Source of the DNA: an uncultured virus (IMG/VR IMGVR_UViG_3300042337_000191)
Lineage: Duplodnaviria > Heunggongvirae > Uroviricota > Caudoviricetes
DNA length: 20,000 bases
Strand: one strand, 5' to 3'
IMG/VR virus record: IMGVR_UViG_3300042337_000191
In this document: positions 1 through 7,762 of the stretch, one piece after another
How positions within the stretch are numbered: the stretch's first letter is position 1
How the letters are laid out: the number at the start of each line of letters is the position of its first letter
Translations under genes and position numbers: made by a program
The notes under the pieces: generated by a model
Told to the model about the DNA's origin: nothing
The model's database searches: none
The model's input: only the letters and a program-made list of their open reading frames with translations

Positions 1-1033
1 GTTTACCACCCTCAAGTATGCGCTTGAGAAAATCGTTCGGTTCTTTCCTGCCCACAGAGCGGGAAATAGAACTACTTTCGTCATAGTTCGTAATGCTAGT
101 TCCCTTGACCTGTAGCCCACCACGATCAATCGCTGTAAGCCTCGTAATCGTCTTATACTTTGTATTGAAAGTCCAGAGTTCCATTGCACCGATGATTTTT
201 TCCGGTGACACTGAAGCAATTTTATAAGTTGCATCTTCCTTTTGGAACTTGAGACCCTTGATCTTCTTCTCAACTGATACTGCTCGTGGCTTGCGAGCCG
301 TTCTAACTTTCTTCGTATTTGAAGAATATCTCTCCGCATCTTCGATGAGGGTGTTGTAGAACGAGACGAGTTTCTTGATTTCTGTCTTTTTAAGGTGACG
401 ATAACCTTCTTTAAGCTGATCATCTTTTCCCTCATACGCTTCAAGCAATTCGTCGAGCACTGGGGAAAATTTAGCAATGATTGAAGTAGCATAGGCTGCA
501 GGAATATTGTTGCTCTGCAGCCACTCATACATCGAAAACTCTACATTCTCGTAGATGTAATCGTCAATCAATCCTTCAATCTCTCCCAAAATATCATGAG
601 TTTTCTCACGCATACGATCCTGGATAGAAATCCTCGGAGTTTCTGATTCCTCCTTGGGTTCTTCCTTCGCCTTGTCCCACATATTTAGGATCTTAGAACT
701 GAAAAACTGCATCGTAGTTCCCGATGGCTTATGACCACGAGAGATCATACGTGCAATCCAAGCAGCAGTCAAAGGAATATCTACGTCGGAGATCCTCGAA
801 AGCTTCTTGGCTAGGTCTGGCTTACCAGTGTTCTTGAAATATTCCTTTAGATAATCACGAGCATCATTGGCAGTGCACATGTAGTTATACCATGTGAAAC
901 ACTGACCCTCGTTGACATCCTGGGTCATAAGAGGCTCGTCGCCCAGATATTTCTTGTTCACAATATACTGTTCGGATCGAGAGACCCGAATAGTCTTTGG
1001 TTTACGCTTAATGAGTGCTGGGCGACGAGCCAT
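1..1033 (-). CDS. Conserved phage hypothetical protein, 3' end outside the window (MARRPALIKRKPKTIRVSRSEQYIVNKKYLGDEP...)
   Basis: ATG at 1033 with GAAGGAG SD and a promoter at 1059-1087. The frame runs off the left edge, so it is absent from the ORF track. Resembles hypothetical proteins of T4-like phages (recall only). Confidence 0.8.
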   Translation of the reverse strand, partial: MARRPALIKRKPKTIRVSRSEQYIVNKKYLGDEPLMTQDVNEGQCFTWYNYMCTANDARDYLKEYFKNTGKPDLAKKLSRISDVDIPLTAAWIARMISRGHKPSGTTMQFFSSKILNMWDKAKEEPKEESETPRISIQDRMREKTHDILGEIEGLIDDYIYENVEFSMYEWLQSNNIPAAYATSIIAKFSPVLDELLEAYEGKDDQLKEGYRHLKKTEIKKLVSFYNTLIEDAERYSSNTKKVRTARKPRAVSVEKKIKGLKFQKEDATYKIASVSPEKIIGAMELWTFNTKYKTITRLTAIDRGGLQVKGTSITNYDESSSISRSVGRKEPNDFLKRILEGGK

Positions 1034-1058
1034 GAATATCTCCTTCAATCGTATACAT

Positions 1059-1087
1059 ATTATACTTTATATAAGGGTCAAAGACAA
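1059..1087 (-). promoter_or_regulatory. sigma70-type early promoter TTGTCT-17-TATAAT
   Basis: Hexamers and spacing read directly; SD and ATG follow. Confidence 0.75.
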
Positions 1088-1094
1088 CTAAATA
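1087..1094 (+). promoter_or_regulatory. Possible T4-type late promoter variant (ACTAAATA)
   Basis: TAAATA core about 60 nt upstream of the NUMOD3-like ORF; not the full TATAAATA consensus. Confidence 0.45.
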
Positions 1095-1153
1095 TTATTG
1101 TCCGTCACGAGTTGGGAGCTCTACGGACTCTAACGCTAAGAAGGAGCATCAGC

Positions 1154-1582
1154 ATGGATATTTATGATCCAATCGGTAAAGCATTAGGTCTCGAACCTAT
1201 CGAATTTAATTATGATATAAAAACCTATTGTCCAGACCAAGAAATTATTCCTTGGAACAAAGGTTTGACAAAAGAAGATCCTTACGTCGCTGAAATAGGC
1301 AAAAGAATTTCTCAAGCAAAACAAAATAATCCTACCAAACCTTGGAACAAAGGTTTGACAAAAGAAGATCAACGTGTAAGAGAAAACTCTATAAAGGCAG
1401 CTAATACTAAAAAACAGCAGGGGTTTTATAAAGATTGCGGAAAATATCTCCCTAAACTCATAGGAGATAAAAATCATATGAAGTCTTCAGAACATAGAAA
1501 ACGTATGTCTGAATTAGCTTCTAGAAGATATAAAAAATGGAACGAGGACGGTAGCTGGACTTGGGGCTACCGTCCTCTGTAA
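1154..1582 (+). CDS. NUMOD3-like repeat DNA-binding protein (homing-endonuclease-derived, no nuclease motif seen)
   Basis: Two PWNKGLTKED motifs and an SEHRKRMSE motif. AAGGAG SD at 1141-1146 favours ATG 1154 over TTG 1112. Opposite strand to its neighbours. Confidence 0.7.
   Translation: MDIYDPIGKALGLEPIEFNYDIKTYCPDQEIIPWNKGLTKEDPYVAEIGKRISQAKQNNPTKPWNKGLTKEDQRVRENSIKAANTKKQQGFYKDCGKYLPKLIGDKNHMKSSEHRKRMSELASRRYKKWNEDGSWTWGYRPL
1250..1370 (+). repeat. 31-bp exact direct repeat (1250-1280, 1340-1370) encoding PWNKGLTKED
   Basis: CCTTGGAACAAAGGTTTGACAAAAGAAGATC occurs twice, 90 bp apart. Confidence 0.95.
1544..1577 (-). terminator. Intrinsic terminator-like hairpin after DUF932, lying inside the 3' end of the NUMOD3-like ORF
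   Basis: Perfect 12-bp stem GAGGACGGTAGC/GCTACCGTCCTC with a 10-nt loop; T run shortly after on the minus strand. Confidence 0.7.
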
Positions 1583-1583
1583 C

Positions 1584-2564
1584 TTATGCCGCTTGTTCGG
1601 CCATTTCTACTGCAAGCTCAAGAGCCTTAGTCTTGAGACCCTTGTTGTAGCCATACCAAGCCGACTGCATTCGAGTGTCAGCCGTACGACCGAGAACGTG
1701 ATCGGTCATAAACGTAACAGCGTTAAAAGGCTGCCACCAGCTGCCCTGAGCGAATTCGCTACCAGGCTGAGTGTCGAGAATACCGAGAGCCATATTGGCA
1801 TTCTTCGAACGCTTACCCTCAACCTTATCTTCCGAAGTAGCACCAGCCAGCGGGAAGATACGCTCGAAGTACTCGACGATCGTTTCAGTCTTGGCCTTCT
1901 TCGAACCAAGGAACTGAGCCATCTCCTTATACTTCTGGAGCTTGTCGGTTGCAATGCCAAGCATATCCTTCACGTTAGCAGGGTTAAACTGCTTACGATG
2001 GGAAATCTTGACCATACGCTCTACCTTCGAACTGAGCGAGAGCGAGAGCGTATTGTTGCAAACGACTCGGATCGGCGTAAACCGAACGTCAGTAGAGAAA
2101 CCATACTTGTGGAAATTAGAAAATAGAAGATAAGAGTCAATTTGATCTCCTTTGAAAAGCTCGAAAGATTCCTTGATCTTTGCGAGACCCCAAACGATCT
2201 GACCTCCCTTTAGCGAACCAGCGGTATGCATCTCCATATCGCCAGCCATCACAAACTCATTAAAGAAGTCGAACGCCTCTGCATTCTGCACGGGGTTCCA
2301 GTCGTCAGAGACAACGTCAAGCATCTTCTTGTCCTTCATACGAACAAGAGCAGACTGACCTGTCTCCATTACACTATCCGGATCGTTTTCATCCAGAATA
2401 GCAAAAGTAGGAAACTTCTGGACTTCCCAATTGAGACCAGCAGCTTCCAACATCTGTTCCGGGGTGAGATCCCCGAGAACCTTAACACCAAGACCATGCC
2501 ACGGAACATCGCCAGCATAAGCCATCTGAGCGACACCATCAACGAATTCGATTTCATGAGCCAT
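1584..2564 (-). CDS. DUF932/DUF945-family phage protein
   Basis: PWHGLG N-terminal motif, VQNAEAFDF, GSLKGG, TPIRVVCNNTL motifs; SD and promoter upstream. Confidence 0.9.
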   Translation of the reverse strand: MAHEIEFVDGVAQMAYAGDVPWHGLGVKVLGDLTPEQMLEAAGLNWEVQKFPTFAILDENDPDSVMETGQSALVRMKDKKMLDVVSDDWNPVQNAEAFDFFNEFVMAGDMEMHTAGSLKGGQIVWGLAKIKESFELFKGDQIDSYLLFSNFHKYGFSTDVRFTPIRVVCNNTLSLSLSSKVERMVKISHRKQFNPANVKDMLGIATDKLQKYKEMAQFLGSKKAKTETIVEYFERIFPLAGATSEDKVEGKRSKNANMALGILDTQPGSEFAQGSWWQPFNAVTFMTDHVLGRTADTRMQSAWYGYNKGLKTKALELAVEMAEQAA

Positions 2565-2598
2565 TTTACTTCTCCTTCACATCAACCATCATATACAT

Positions 2599-2627
2599 AG
2601 TATAGCTCGATATTTTAAAAAAGTCAA
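2599..2627 (-). promoter_or_regulatory. Early promoter TTGACT-17-TATACT with GGTTGATG leader
   Basis: Read directly. Confidence 0.85.
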
Positions 2628-2836
2628 GCGATCTTTTTGGCTTCGAGAGAGTCCTGAAAACCCTGATGGAACCCAGCATACCACTCTCGTTCACGATAGT
2701 GTTCCGACTGAACTAGCCTCTCGTTGCTCTGATCTACGGAAAGATAATTATAGGGACAATCCTTTATAGACCCTCCCTCTACATAATGCGTTTTACCTTC
2801 GAGAAAAAATTGATTAGTATACTGCCATTCATTCAT
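2624..2836 (-). CDS. Hypothetical protein, weak Rmf-like motif (G..CPY...W.AGF)
   Basis: ORF track with start moved to ATG 2836 (AAGGA SD). Confidence 0.65.
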   Translation of the reverse strand: MNEWQYTNQFFLEGKTHYVEGGSIKDCPYNYLSVDQSNERLVQSEHYREREWYAGFHQGFQDSLEAKKIA

Positions 2837-3011
2837 GTCGTTTATCCTTGACTTGAATCCAACAATTTTTAGGGTCATCGTGACACTGGACTTCCATTAA
2901 GGTGCCAGAGTCCTTCATCTTCTGTGTTATATATATTGCATCGAAATATGGGATAATCAAATATCCGCACATGAGCAATAATTCTAACCAAATTCTTTTT
3001 TTCTCAGTCAT
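2829..3011 (-). CDS. Hypothetical membrane protein
   Basis: 60 aa with a hydrophobic N-terminal segment; ATGA overlap with the upstream gene. Confidence 0.65.
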   Translation of the reverse strand: MTEKKRIWLELLLMCGYLIIPYFDAIYITQKMKDSGTLMEVQCHDDPKNCWIQVKDKRHE

Positions 3012-3328
3012 GATGAGAACGAGTAATATGCATCAATAATCTTTTGAAGTGGTCGCTCAAGACTATCATAATGTTCTTTATCTAAAATACCGCAAAGAAT
3101 ATCTTGATAATCTTCTGGTTCAAGAAACTGTTTTAGAATGTTTTGATATTGTTGACGAGTTTTTGGCTCTTCTACAGGAACACCCATTACATTAGGTACA
3201 TCGTATTGCTTCATTTCTTCGGCAATACTACGTGCAATGATAGTCTTTGCCTTACTGACAAAGTCTTTCATAGTTTCTAACTCTAACTGCTTTTTGGTTT
3301 TAGGAAAAGGTATAACTTCAGCGCTCAC
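3008..3328 (-). CDS. Hypothetical protein
   Basis: 106 aa; N-terminal VIPFP motif; coupled to its neighbours. Confidence 0.75.
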   Translation of the reverse strand: MSAEVIPFPKTKKQLELETMKDFVSKAKTIIARSIAEEMKQYDVPNVMGVPVEEPKTRQQYQNILKQFLEPEDYQDILCGILDKEHYDSLERPLQKIIDAYYSFSS

Positions 3329-3551
3329 GACTCATATCCCTTGGAACACATTTCACTTTGACATAAAAGATATCGCCTTGCCTCGGAGCAAGAGCACTCT
3401 TTGCTATTCTTTCATAGCCTTCTTTTGCACAACTCATTGGAGTGTTTTGTATTTCTCCCATGATAATTGTTGTATCTCGACCACCTTCTTTACATTCAAA
3501 ATCGGAAAGCATAGAATTACAAATTAATATGACTGGTATATATTGAATCAT
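3318..3551 (-). CDS. Small four-cysteine protein
   Basis: MIQYIPVILIC..C..C..C; ATGA overlap with the upstream ORF. Confidence 0.7.
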   Translation of the reverse strand: MIQYIPVILICNSMLSDFECKEGGRDTTIIMGEIQNTPMSCAKEGYERIAKSALAPRQGDIFYVKVKCVPRDMSRER

Positions 3552-3700
3552 CCCTGACAACGTATACCAAATTTAGCTTCAGCCCCCATTACTTTACCAT
3601 GTAGAGGACCAATCTTACATGCTTTAGATTCAATTTCTACATGTTGCTCGGTACACATTCCCGCAATGCACATATAGACAATAGCTGCAACGAGTTTCAT
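3548..3700 (-). CDS. Small four-cysteine protein, 50 aa (MKLVAAIVYMCIAGMCTEQ...RCQG)
   Basis: Translated by hand; AAGGAG SD; below the ORF-track cutoff. Confidence 0.7.
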   Translation of the reverse strand: MKLVAAIVYMCIAGMCTEQHVEIESKACKIGPLHGKVMGAEAKFGIRCQG

Positions 3701-3709
3701 TTTCGCTCC

Positions 3710-3835
3710 TTATACAAAAAAGGCATGCCAATTATGATATAGAAACCAACCAGCCAATAGAGCAAAAGCTGCTCGAGGCTGAAAGGTGCCCACTAGTAGT
3801 AAAACAACTACAACAAGCTTTGGGTCAAAAAACAT
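3710..3835 (-). CDS. Small membrane protein, 41 aa (MFFDPKLVVVVLLLVG...)
   Basis: Translated by hand; AAGGA SD; fills the gap in the operon. Confidence 0.6.
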   Translation of the reverse strand: MFFDPKLVVVVLLLVGTFQPRAAFALLAGWFLYHNWHAFFV

Positions 3836-3845
3836 ATTATATCCT

Positions 3846-4031
3846 TTATGCTGCCTTCTTAACCTCAACAAAATGTTTCTTGAGATTGTCAGAAGCTTTG
3901 TTTAAAATTTCTCCAGAAACGCCAATACGAATAAGATTAGACAACTCAATAATTTCTTCTTCTGAAATATCATTGGCTGGCTTAAACTCGAACAAATTAG
4001 ACTGATTATATTTTTTAGTTGCCTTTGCCAT
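3846..4031 (-). CDS. Hypothetical protein
   Basis: ORF track; AAGGA SD. Confidence 0.7.
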   Translation of the reverse strand: MAKATKKYNQSNLFEFKPANDISEEEIIELSNLIRIGVSGEILNKASDNLKKHFVEVKKAA

Positions 4032-4042
4032 ACGAGTTCCTT

Positions 4043-4225
4043 TTAAATCTTTTGTAGGGTTGAATTCGTTTCTATAATTTCCATCTCACTGAGGGGTACG
4101 TATTCATTTGAATTTAGGCTAGAAAAAATCTGTTTAGCTGATTCTGCTTCTTCTATTGAAGAATAGAAACCAAGAACCAAACCCTTTTTCTTATGCATTA
4201 AAACATAATAATGAGCGTTTGTCAT
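4043..4225 (-). CDS. Hypothetical protein
   Basis: ORF track; AAGGA SD. Confidence 0.7.
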   Translation of the reverse strand: MTNAHYYVLMHKKKGLVLGFYSSIEEAESAKQIFSSLNSNEYVPLSEMEIIETNSTLQKI

Positions 4226-4241
4226 TTACTATTCCTTATGT

Positions 4242-4424
4242 TTAAGATTGAGTTTTATACATAACATATGATGCGGAAAACCCTAATAGAGAAATTAGAG
4301 CACACATAAAATTTACAGTAGGATAATCTGCAACATACATTAGCAATGCATTACACAATACAAAGAAACCATTAATCCACATCATCCAAAGATGGAACTT
4401 TTTACTAAAAATAAAATCACTCAT
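4242..4424 (-). CDS. Hypothetical two-TM membrane protein
   Basis: Two hydrophobic segments. Confidence 0.65.
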   Translation of the reverse strand: MSDFIFSKKFHLWMMWINGFFVLCNALLMYVADYPTVNFMCALISLLGFSASYVMYKTQS

Positions 4425-4455
4425 TATATAGGCTTTCGCTGTTTAAAGAGACGGT

Positions 4456-4569
4456 CTACTTATTTACACTCCGAAGAAACTCCAGATACTTAGAAAGAGA
4501 AATATACCCATGGATCATAAGCATTTCCATAGCAGCGATCTTAGCTTCAATCTTTTCGTTATCAGTCAT
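4456..4569 (-). CDS. Hypothetical protein, 37 aa (MTDNEKIEAKIAAMEML...)
   Basis: Translated by hand; ATGA overlap with the upstream ORF. Confidence 0.55.
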   Translation of the reverse strand: MTDNEKIEAKIAAMEMLMIHGYISLSKYLEFLRSVNK

Positions 4570-4781
4570 AGCTTAATCCAATCTCTACGTTTCTTTAGTT
4601 TATTCACTTTAACCTTAATATACCCTCTATTCATACAGAAGGCAATAAGTTCAGTTACGTTCGAAGGAACCTTCTTCGAAATCTCCAAAGAAGCGGTTTG
4701 ACAAACAGCCAAACCGTCCGAAATAGTTACCGGATCCTCCGACACGAATTCGTATTCTCTGGTATCCTCAAAGGAGATCAT
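4566..4781 (-). CDS. Hypothetical protein
   Basis: ORF track; ATGA coupling. Confidence 0.65.
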   Translation of the reverse strand: MISFEDTREYEFVSEDPVTISDGLAVCQTASLEISKKVPSNVTELIAFCMNRGYIKVKVNKLKKRRDWIKL

Positions 4782-4966
4782 AGCGATTCAAGACCACGTT
4801 TATGGCATTCATCGACACAAGCCCAGTATTCCTTTTCATTGGCTCCACGAGCAGCAGCCTCTTGATTCCAATTACCTTCAGCAGCCATATAATACATATG
4901 CTGGCGCCAGAGACGATCCATTTCCTCGGTTAGTTGTTTATCAGTAAGCGTAGTAAAATCAGTCAT
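4778..4966 (-). CDS. Hypothetical protein
   Basis: ORF track with start moved to ATG 4966 (GGAG SD). Confidence 0.7.
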   Translation of the reverse strand: MTDFTTLTDKQLTEEMDRLWRQHMYYMAAEGNWNQEAAARGANEKEYWACVDECHKRGLESL

Positions 4967-5195
4967 GCCATTCTCCATCATCACATTCATAGAACACTCG
5001 CCCAAAATAAGTTTTGGGCATCACCATTTTAAGAGATACGTCATATTCCATGACGGTGCGATCGGGATTTCGATGAATAACCTTACAATGTTGATCAAGC
5101 CATTCCTGCCGATCACCGCCAATGGTAATGACAAAAGTCATTATTATTGCAATAGCTATCGCTCCAATAACGATAACTACTAACTCTCTATCCAT
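4959..5195 (-). CDS. Membrane-anchored hypothetical protein with two Cys
   Basis: N-terminal TM helix, then C..C. Confidence 0.7.
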   Translation of the reverse strand: MDRELVVIVIGAIAIAIIMTFVITIGGDRQEWLDQHCKVIHRNPDRTVMEYDVSLKMVMPKTYFGRVFYECDDGEWHD

Positions 5196-5487
5196 TACTC
5201 ATACCCTTGACGAGTTTCTGCCCATATTCAATACGATCACGGATGGCCTGTAGCTTACGCTTATGACCGTCCCCAGCAGTATAGTGTTCGGCCAGAGTTT
5301 CATATGCACCACAGACAGCAGCATTGTGTAGAACATCTTCTGCAAGATATTCATAACGTGCTGGATCTCGAGCCATTTTATTACTATCTTCAACAAACGA
5401 ATAGTAACAGGCTTCATATCCTTCATAGAGCATCTGAAGGAAGGCATCATCATAGGCTTCATAATTTAATTCTAAAGATAGTTTCAT
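5188..5487 (-). CDS. Hypothetical protein
   Basis: ORF track; operon continuity. Confidence 0.75.
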   Translation of the reverse strand: MKLSLELNYEAYDDAFLQMLYEGYEACYYSFVEDSNKMARDPARYEYLAEDVLHNAAVCGAYETLAEHYTAGDGHKRKLQAIRDRIEYGQKLVKGMSNG

Positions 5488-5765
5488 CACTTATAGATCT
5501 CCTCTAGTACACGTTCAAGAAAGCGAATAGGTTCTGAGTCATAGGCACCATATTTACTAAACTTCTTCATAATATCATGCATACCACTAAGAGTCTCTTG
5601 TATGGTATAGCCATTATTGACATAGTCTTCTAGTTCATTGTTCAGTCTATTTGCTATGGACTCAATTTCATCCCGAGGGAAAGACATTGTAAACAGTTCC
5701 CACTGATCGGCTGAGAAGTCAGCCTTAATGGTAGGAGACTTTATGATTGTAAGATTGTGCATCAC
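5487..5765 (-). CDS. Hypothetical protein
   Basis: ORF track; GGAGG SD. Confidence 0.75.
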   Translation of the reverse strand: MMHNLTIIKSPTIKADFSADQWELFTMSFPRDEIESIANRLNNELEDYVNNGYTIQETLSGMHDIMKKFSKYGAYDSEPIRFLERVLEEIYK

Positions 5766-5992
5766 TTATCCTCCGTCCATCGCTTTCCACAATCAGGACA
5801 TTCATATTCAAACCATTGACGATCCATAGAGGGATCATAATTCCCGCTGGAAGACTTATAGGTCTTAGTAGCATTTATATGGGGACAAAGTTGCTGCAGG
5901 CTATTAAGATCAGACTCAAGATCCGATATCTGTGCTTCAATCTCAATACGATCTGCACGAATGCCCTTACATAATAGTTGGTCCTTTGTCAT
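5762..5992 (-). CDS. Coiled-coil plus zinc-ribbon-like protein
   Basis: CPH and CPDC motifs. Confidence 0.7.
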   Translation of the reverse strand: MTKDQLLCKGIRADRIEIEAQISDLESDLNSLQQLCPHINATKTYKSSSGNYDPSMDRQWFEYECPDCGKRWTEDK

Positions 5993-6243
5993 TATGATCT
6001 CTCGATCTTATCAATGCGACGTCGCATTGACGATCGATCGATCTTATCAATGATTCCCTGCAGAAATTCGATCTCTTCTCGAACTGCATTCAATTCGCCG
6101 TCATTAAGTCCCCCATCATAGGGGTCAAATGCAACGTGCTTCTTGAGACGTTCTGCATATTCCTTGGCTTCCTGCAGTCGGGTATAAAGATCTTCTCTGA
6201 TCTCAATCCACCGATCCGTGGTGTCTCGTGAATAGAATTCCAT
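5992..6243 (-). CDS. Hypothetical protein, paralog of 17858..18052
   Basis: Shared MEF.S.D, LY.RL, EIEFL and IERS motifs. Confidence 0.75.
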   Translation of the reverse strand: MEFYSRDTTDRWIEIREDLYTRLQEAKEYAERLKKHVAFDPYDGGLNDGELNAVREEIEFLQGIIDKIDRSSMRRRIDKIERS

Positions 6244-6387
6244 TTAGTCCTCCAGTGTTCCCGGAACAATCCAATAAGAGTGATCGGTGCTCTCATCATA
6301 GGGAGCCATATCCTGTTCGGTGAAATAAAAGGCATGACCAAACATGCCAGGACAGATATACACCGACTGCCAATAAACGACAATCAT
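6244..6387 (-). CDS. WxVPGTLED micro-protein, copy 1 (47 aa)
   Basis: MIVVYWQ...SYWIVPGTLED; GGAGG SD. Confidence 0.75.
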   Translation of the reverse strand: MIVVYWQSVYICPGMFGHAFYFTEQDMAPYDESTDHSYWIVPGTLED

Positions 6388-6388
6388 C

Positions 6389-6517
6389 TTAGTCCTCCAA
6401 CGTCCCGGGAACTGCCCAGTAGGAGATATCAGCTTCGTCGCAGATGCACTCGCTAAGATAACGAATGAACGAGATATTTCGAGTGTTGTCATACCAATAC
6501 GAATAAAAGACTGTCAT
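6389..6517 (-). CDS. WxVPGTLED micro-protein, copy 2 (42 aa)
   Basis: MTVFYSYW...SYWAVPGTLED; first gene after the promoter at 6543-6571. Confidence 0.75.
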   Translation of the reverse strand: MTVFYSYWYDNTRNISFIRYLSECICDEADISYWAVPGTLED

Positions 6518-6542
6518 CTCACTTCTCCTCAACCATAGAATA

Positions 6543-6571
6543 ATTATACCACTCTTTTGATAAGAAGTCAA
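6543..6571 (-). promoter_or_regulatory. Early promoter TTGACT-17-TATAAT
   Basis: Read directly; part of a 33-bp repeat shared with 7291-7323. Confidence 0.85.
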
Positions 6572-6723
6572 GCTCGAATTTTTCGCATGCGACGATTAAC
6601 TCGATTAATGAAAAAAGGATAAGTCCCTGCATAAAAATCATCATATGGTCGAAGCCATGCATGATCTCTGTCTCTACGATAGATTATGATGGATCCCTTA
6701 CGGTAATAGCTATGGAATAACAT
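6568..6723 (-). CDS. Basic hypothetical protein, 51 aa
   Basis: C-terminal part of an ORF-track entry, from ATG 6723. Confidence 0.5.
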   Translation of the reverse strand: MLFHSYYRKGSIIIYRRDRDHAWLRPYDDFYAGTYPFFINRVNRRMRKIRA

Positions 6724-6764
6724 TTTCTCAGTTCTCCAAAATGTGCTTAGATTCGATCTGCATC

Positions 6765-7079
6765 TTACCCTGCATTGAAAGAAGAACAAACGATAGAAGT
6801 TACAGAACCTTCCTTTGCTTCGCCCAGATATTCTACCTGAACAAATTCTGGAGAAGTCCACGATAACGTACCATAATTTGCTTTCACATACGTATCGACA
6901 ACCCGACCATCTGCCTTATAGCACCACTTCTCATCCGACTCACGCCAGAAATATGGACATTCTCCATACCAATAAGGATGAATAAGACGAGCCTCATCCT
7001 CTGACTCTGCAATGACTACGGCAGAATCATAGGTATCATAATCACGGTTTTCTTCCTGAGAAATTTTATAAAGTTTCAT
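6765..7079 (-). CDS. Hypothetical phage protein (YDTYDSAVV.A.SE.EAR.IHP family)
   Basis: Motif recalled as common in phages; GGAGAGG SD before ATG 7079. Confidence 0.8.
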   Translation of the reverse strand: MKLYKISQEENRDYDTYDSAVVIAESEDEARLIHPYWYGECPYFWRESDEKWCYKADGRVVDTYVKANYGTLSWTSPEFVQVEYLGEAKEGSVTSIVCSSFNAG

Positions 7080-7266
7080 CTTCCTCTCCAAAAAATTCGT
7101 CTTCTCCAAAGGGATCGTCCATACCATAATCAATCCAGAACTGCTTTACATCGTCCTCAGACATATACATAAGGAGCGATGCAATAAGGTCTCGTGCAGC
7201 TTGATCAAGACGACCATAGAGTCCGTCATCCACCAGATCTAGGATCTTATTCGTATAGGTCCGCAT
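7066..7266 (-). CDS. Acidic hypothetical protein
   Basis: ATG 7266 with GGAG SD, directly after a promoter. Confidence 0.75.
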   Translation of the reverse strand: MRTYTNKILDLVDDGLYGRLDQAARDLIASLLMYMSEDDVKQFWIDYGMDDPFGEDEFFGEEDETL

Positions 7267-7287
7267 TTCTCCCTCCATCATATCACT

Positions 7288-7316
7288 ATGATACCACTCT
7301 TTTGATAAGAAGTCAA
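7288..7316 (-). promoter_or_regulatory. Early promoter TTGACT-17-TATCAT
   Basis: Read directly. Confidence 0.8.
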
Positions 7317-7493
7317 GCTCGAACTTTAAAAGTCAAAAAATTTTGTTGCGGATTTTTTTAAAATCCATTCGGTAAAGTCAGTGTGACCTTTTGAGGTGTG
7401 TGGTTGACCTTTTGGGCATGTCGGGGTGTGTGGAGATAATACTAGGCTCCGGGTCCCCCGCACGAACATCAACCGATTTTCTAAAGGTGCGAC

Positions 7494-7610
7494 TCACTTA
7501 CGCCAACGTCGCCGGTAGCGCACCATGTCCACATACAACTCGATCCAGATGCCATATGCGAAACCAAGCGTGAACAGAGCCACACAATCTCCAATCAGCT
7601 TCCAATCCAT
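7494..7610 (-). CDS. Single-TM micro-protein with basic tail, 38 aa (MDWKLIGDCVALFTLGFAYGIWIELYVDMVRYRRRWRK)
   Basis: Translated by hand; AGGAG SD; has its own promoter. Confidence 0.65.
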   Translation of the reverse strand: MDWKLIGDCVALFTLGFAYGIWIELYVDMVRYRRRWRK

Positions 7611-7649
7611 CTTCGTCTCCTAGTGATCCGTATTAAACCCTTCATACCC

Positions 7650-7678
7650 ATCATACCACCAATACTTGCCCAAGTCAA
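7650..7678 (-). promoter_or_regulatory. Early promoter TTGACT-17-TATGAT
   Basis: Read directly. Confidence 0.8.
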
Positions 7679-7762
7679 GCAGAGTTTTCTCGGTGGCGAT
7701 ACCTTTCCTCTGACAATCCATCAGTGTCCGCCAGAGGAGATAATGAGAGAGATGATCCGCCA

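Larger units (their letters stand above)
6546..7323. repeat. 33-bp exact direct repeat (6546-6578, 7291-7323), a duplicated promoter
   Basis: ATACCACTCTTTTGATAAGAAGTCAAGCTCGAA occurs twice. Confidence 0.95.

Noticed and set aside
1112..1582. Intact homing endonuclease starting at TTG 1112
   Set aside because: No HNH, GIY-YIG or LAGLIDADG motif; the SD supports ATG 1154.
1593..2600. + strand ORFs of 177, 63 and 124 aa
   Set aside because: Antisense to the clear DUF932 gene.
4424..4458. TAG read-through or alternative genetic code
   Set aside because: Genes tile tightly under the standard code, and no conserved domain is split by TAG or TGA.
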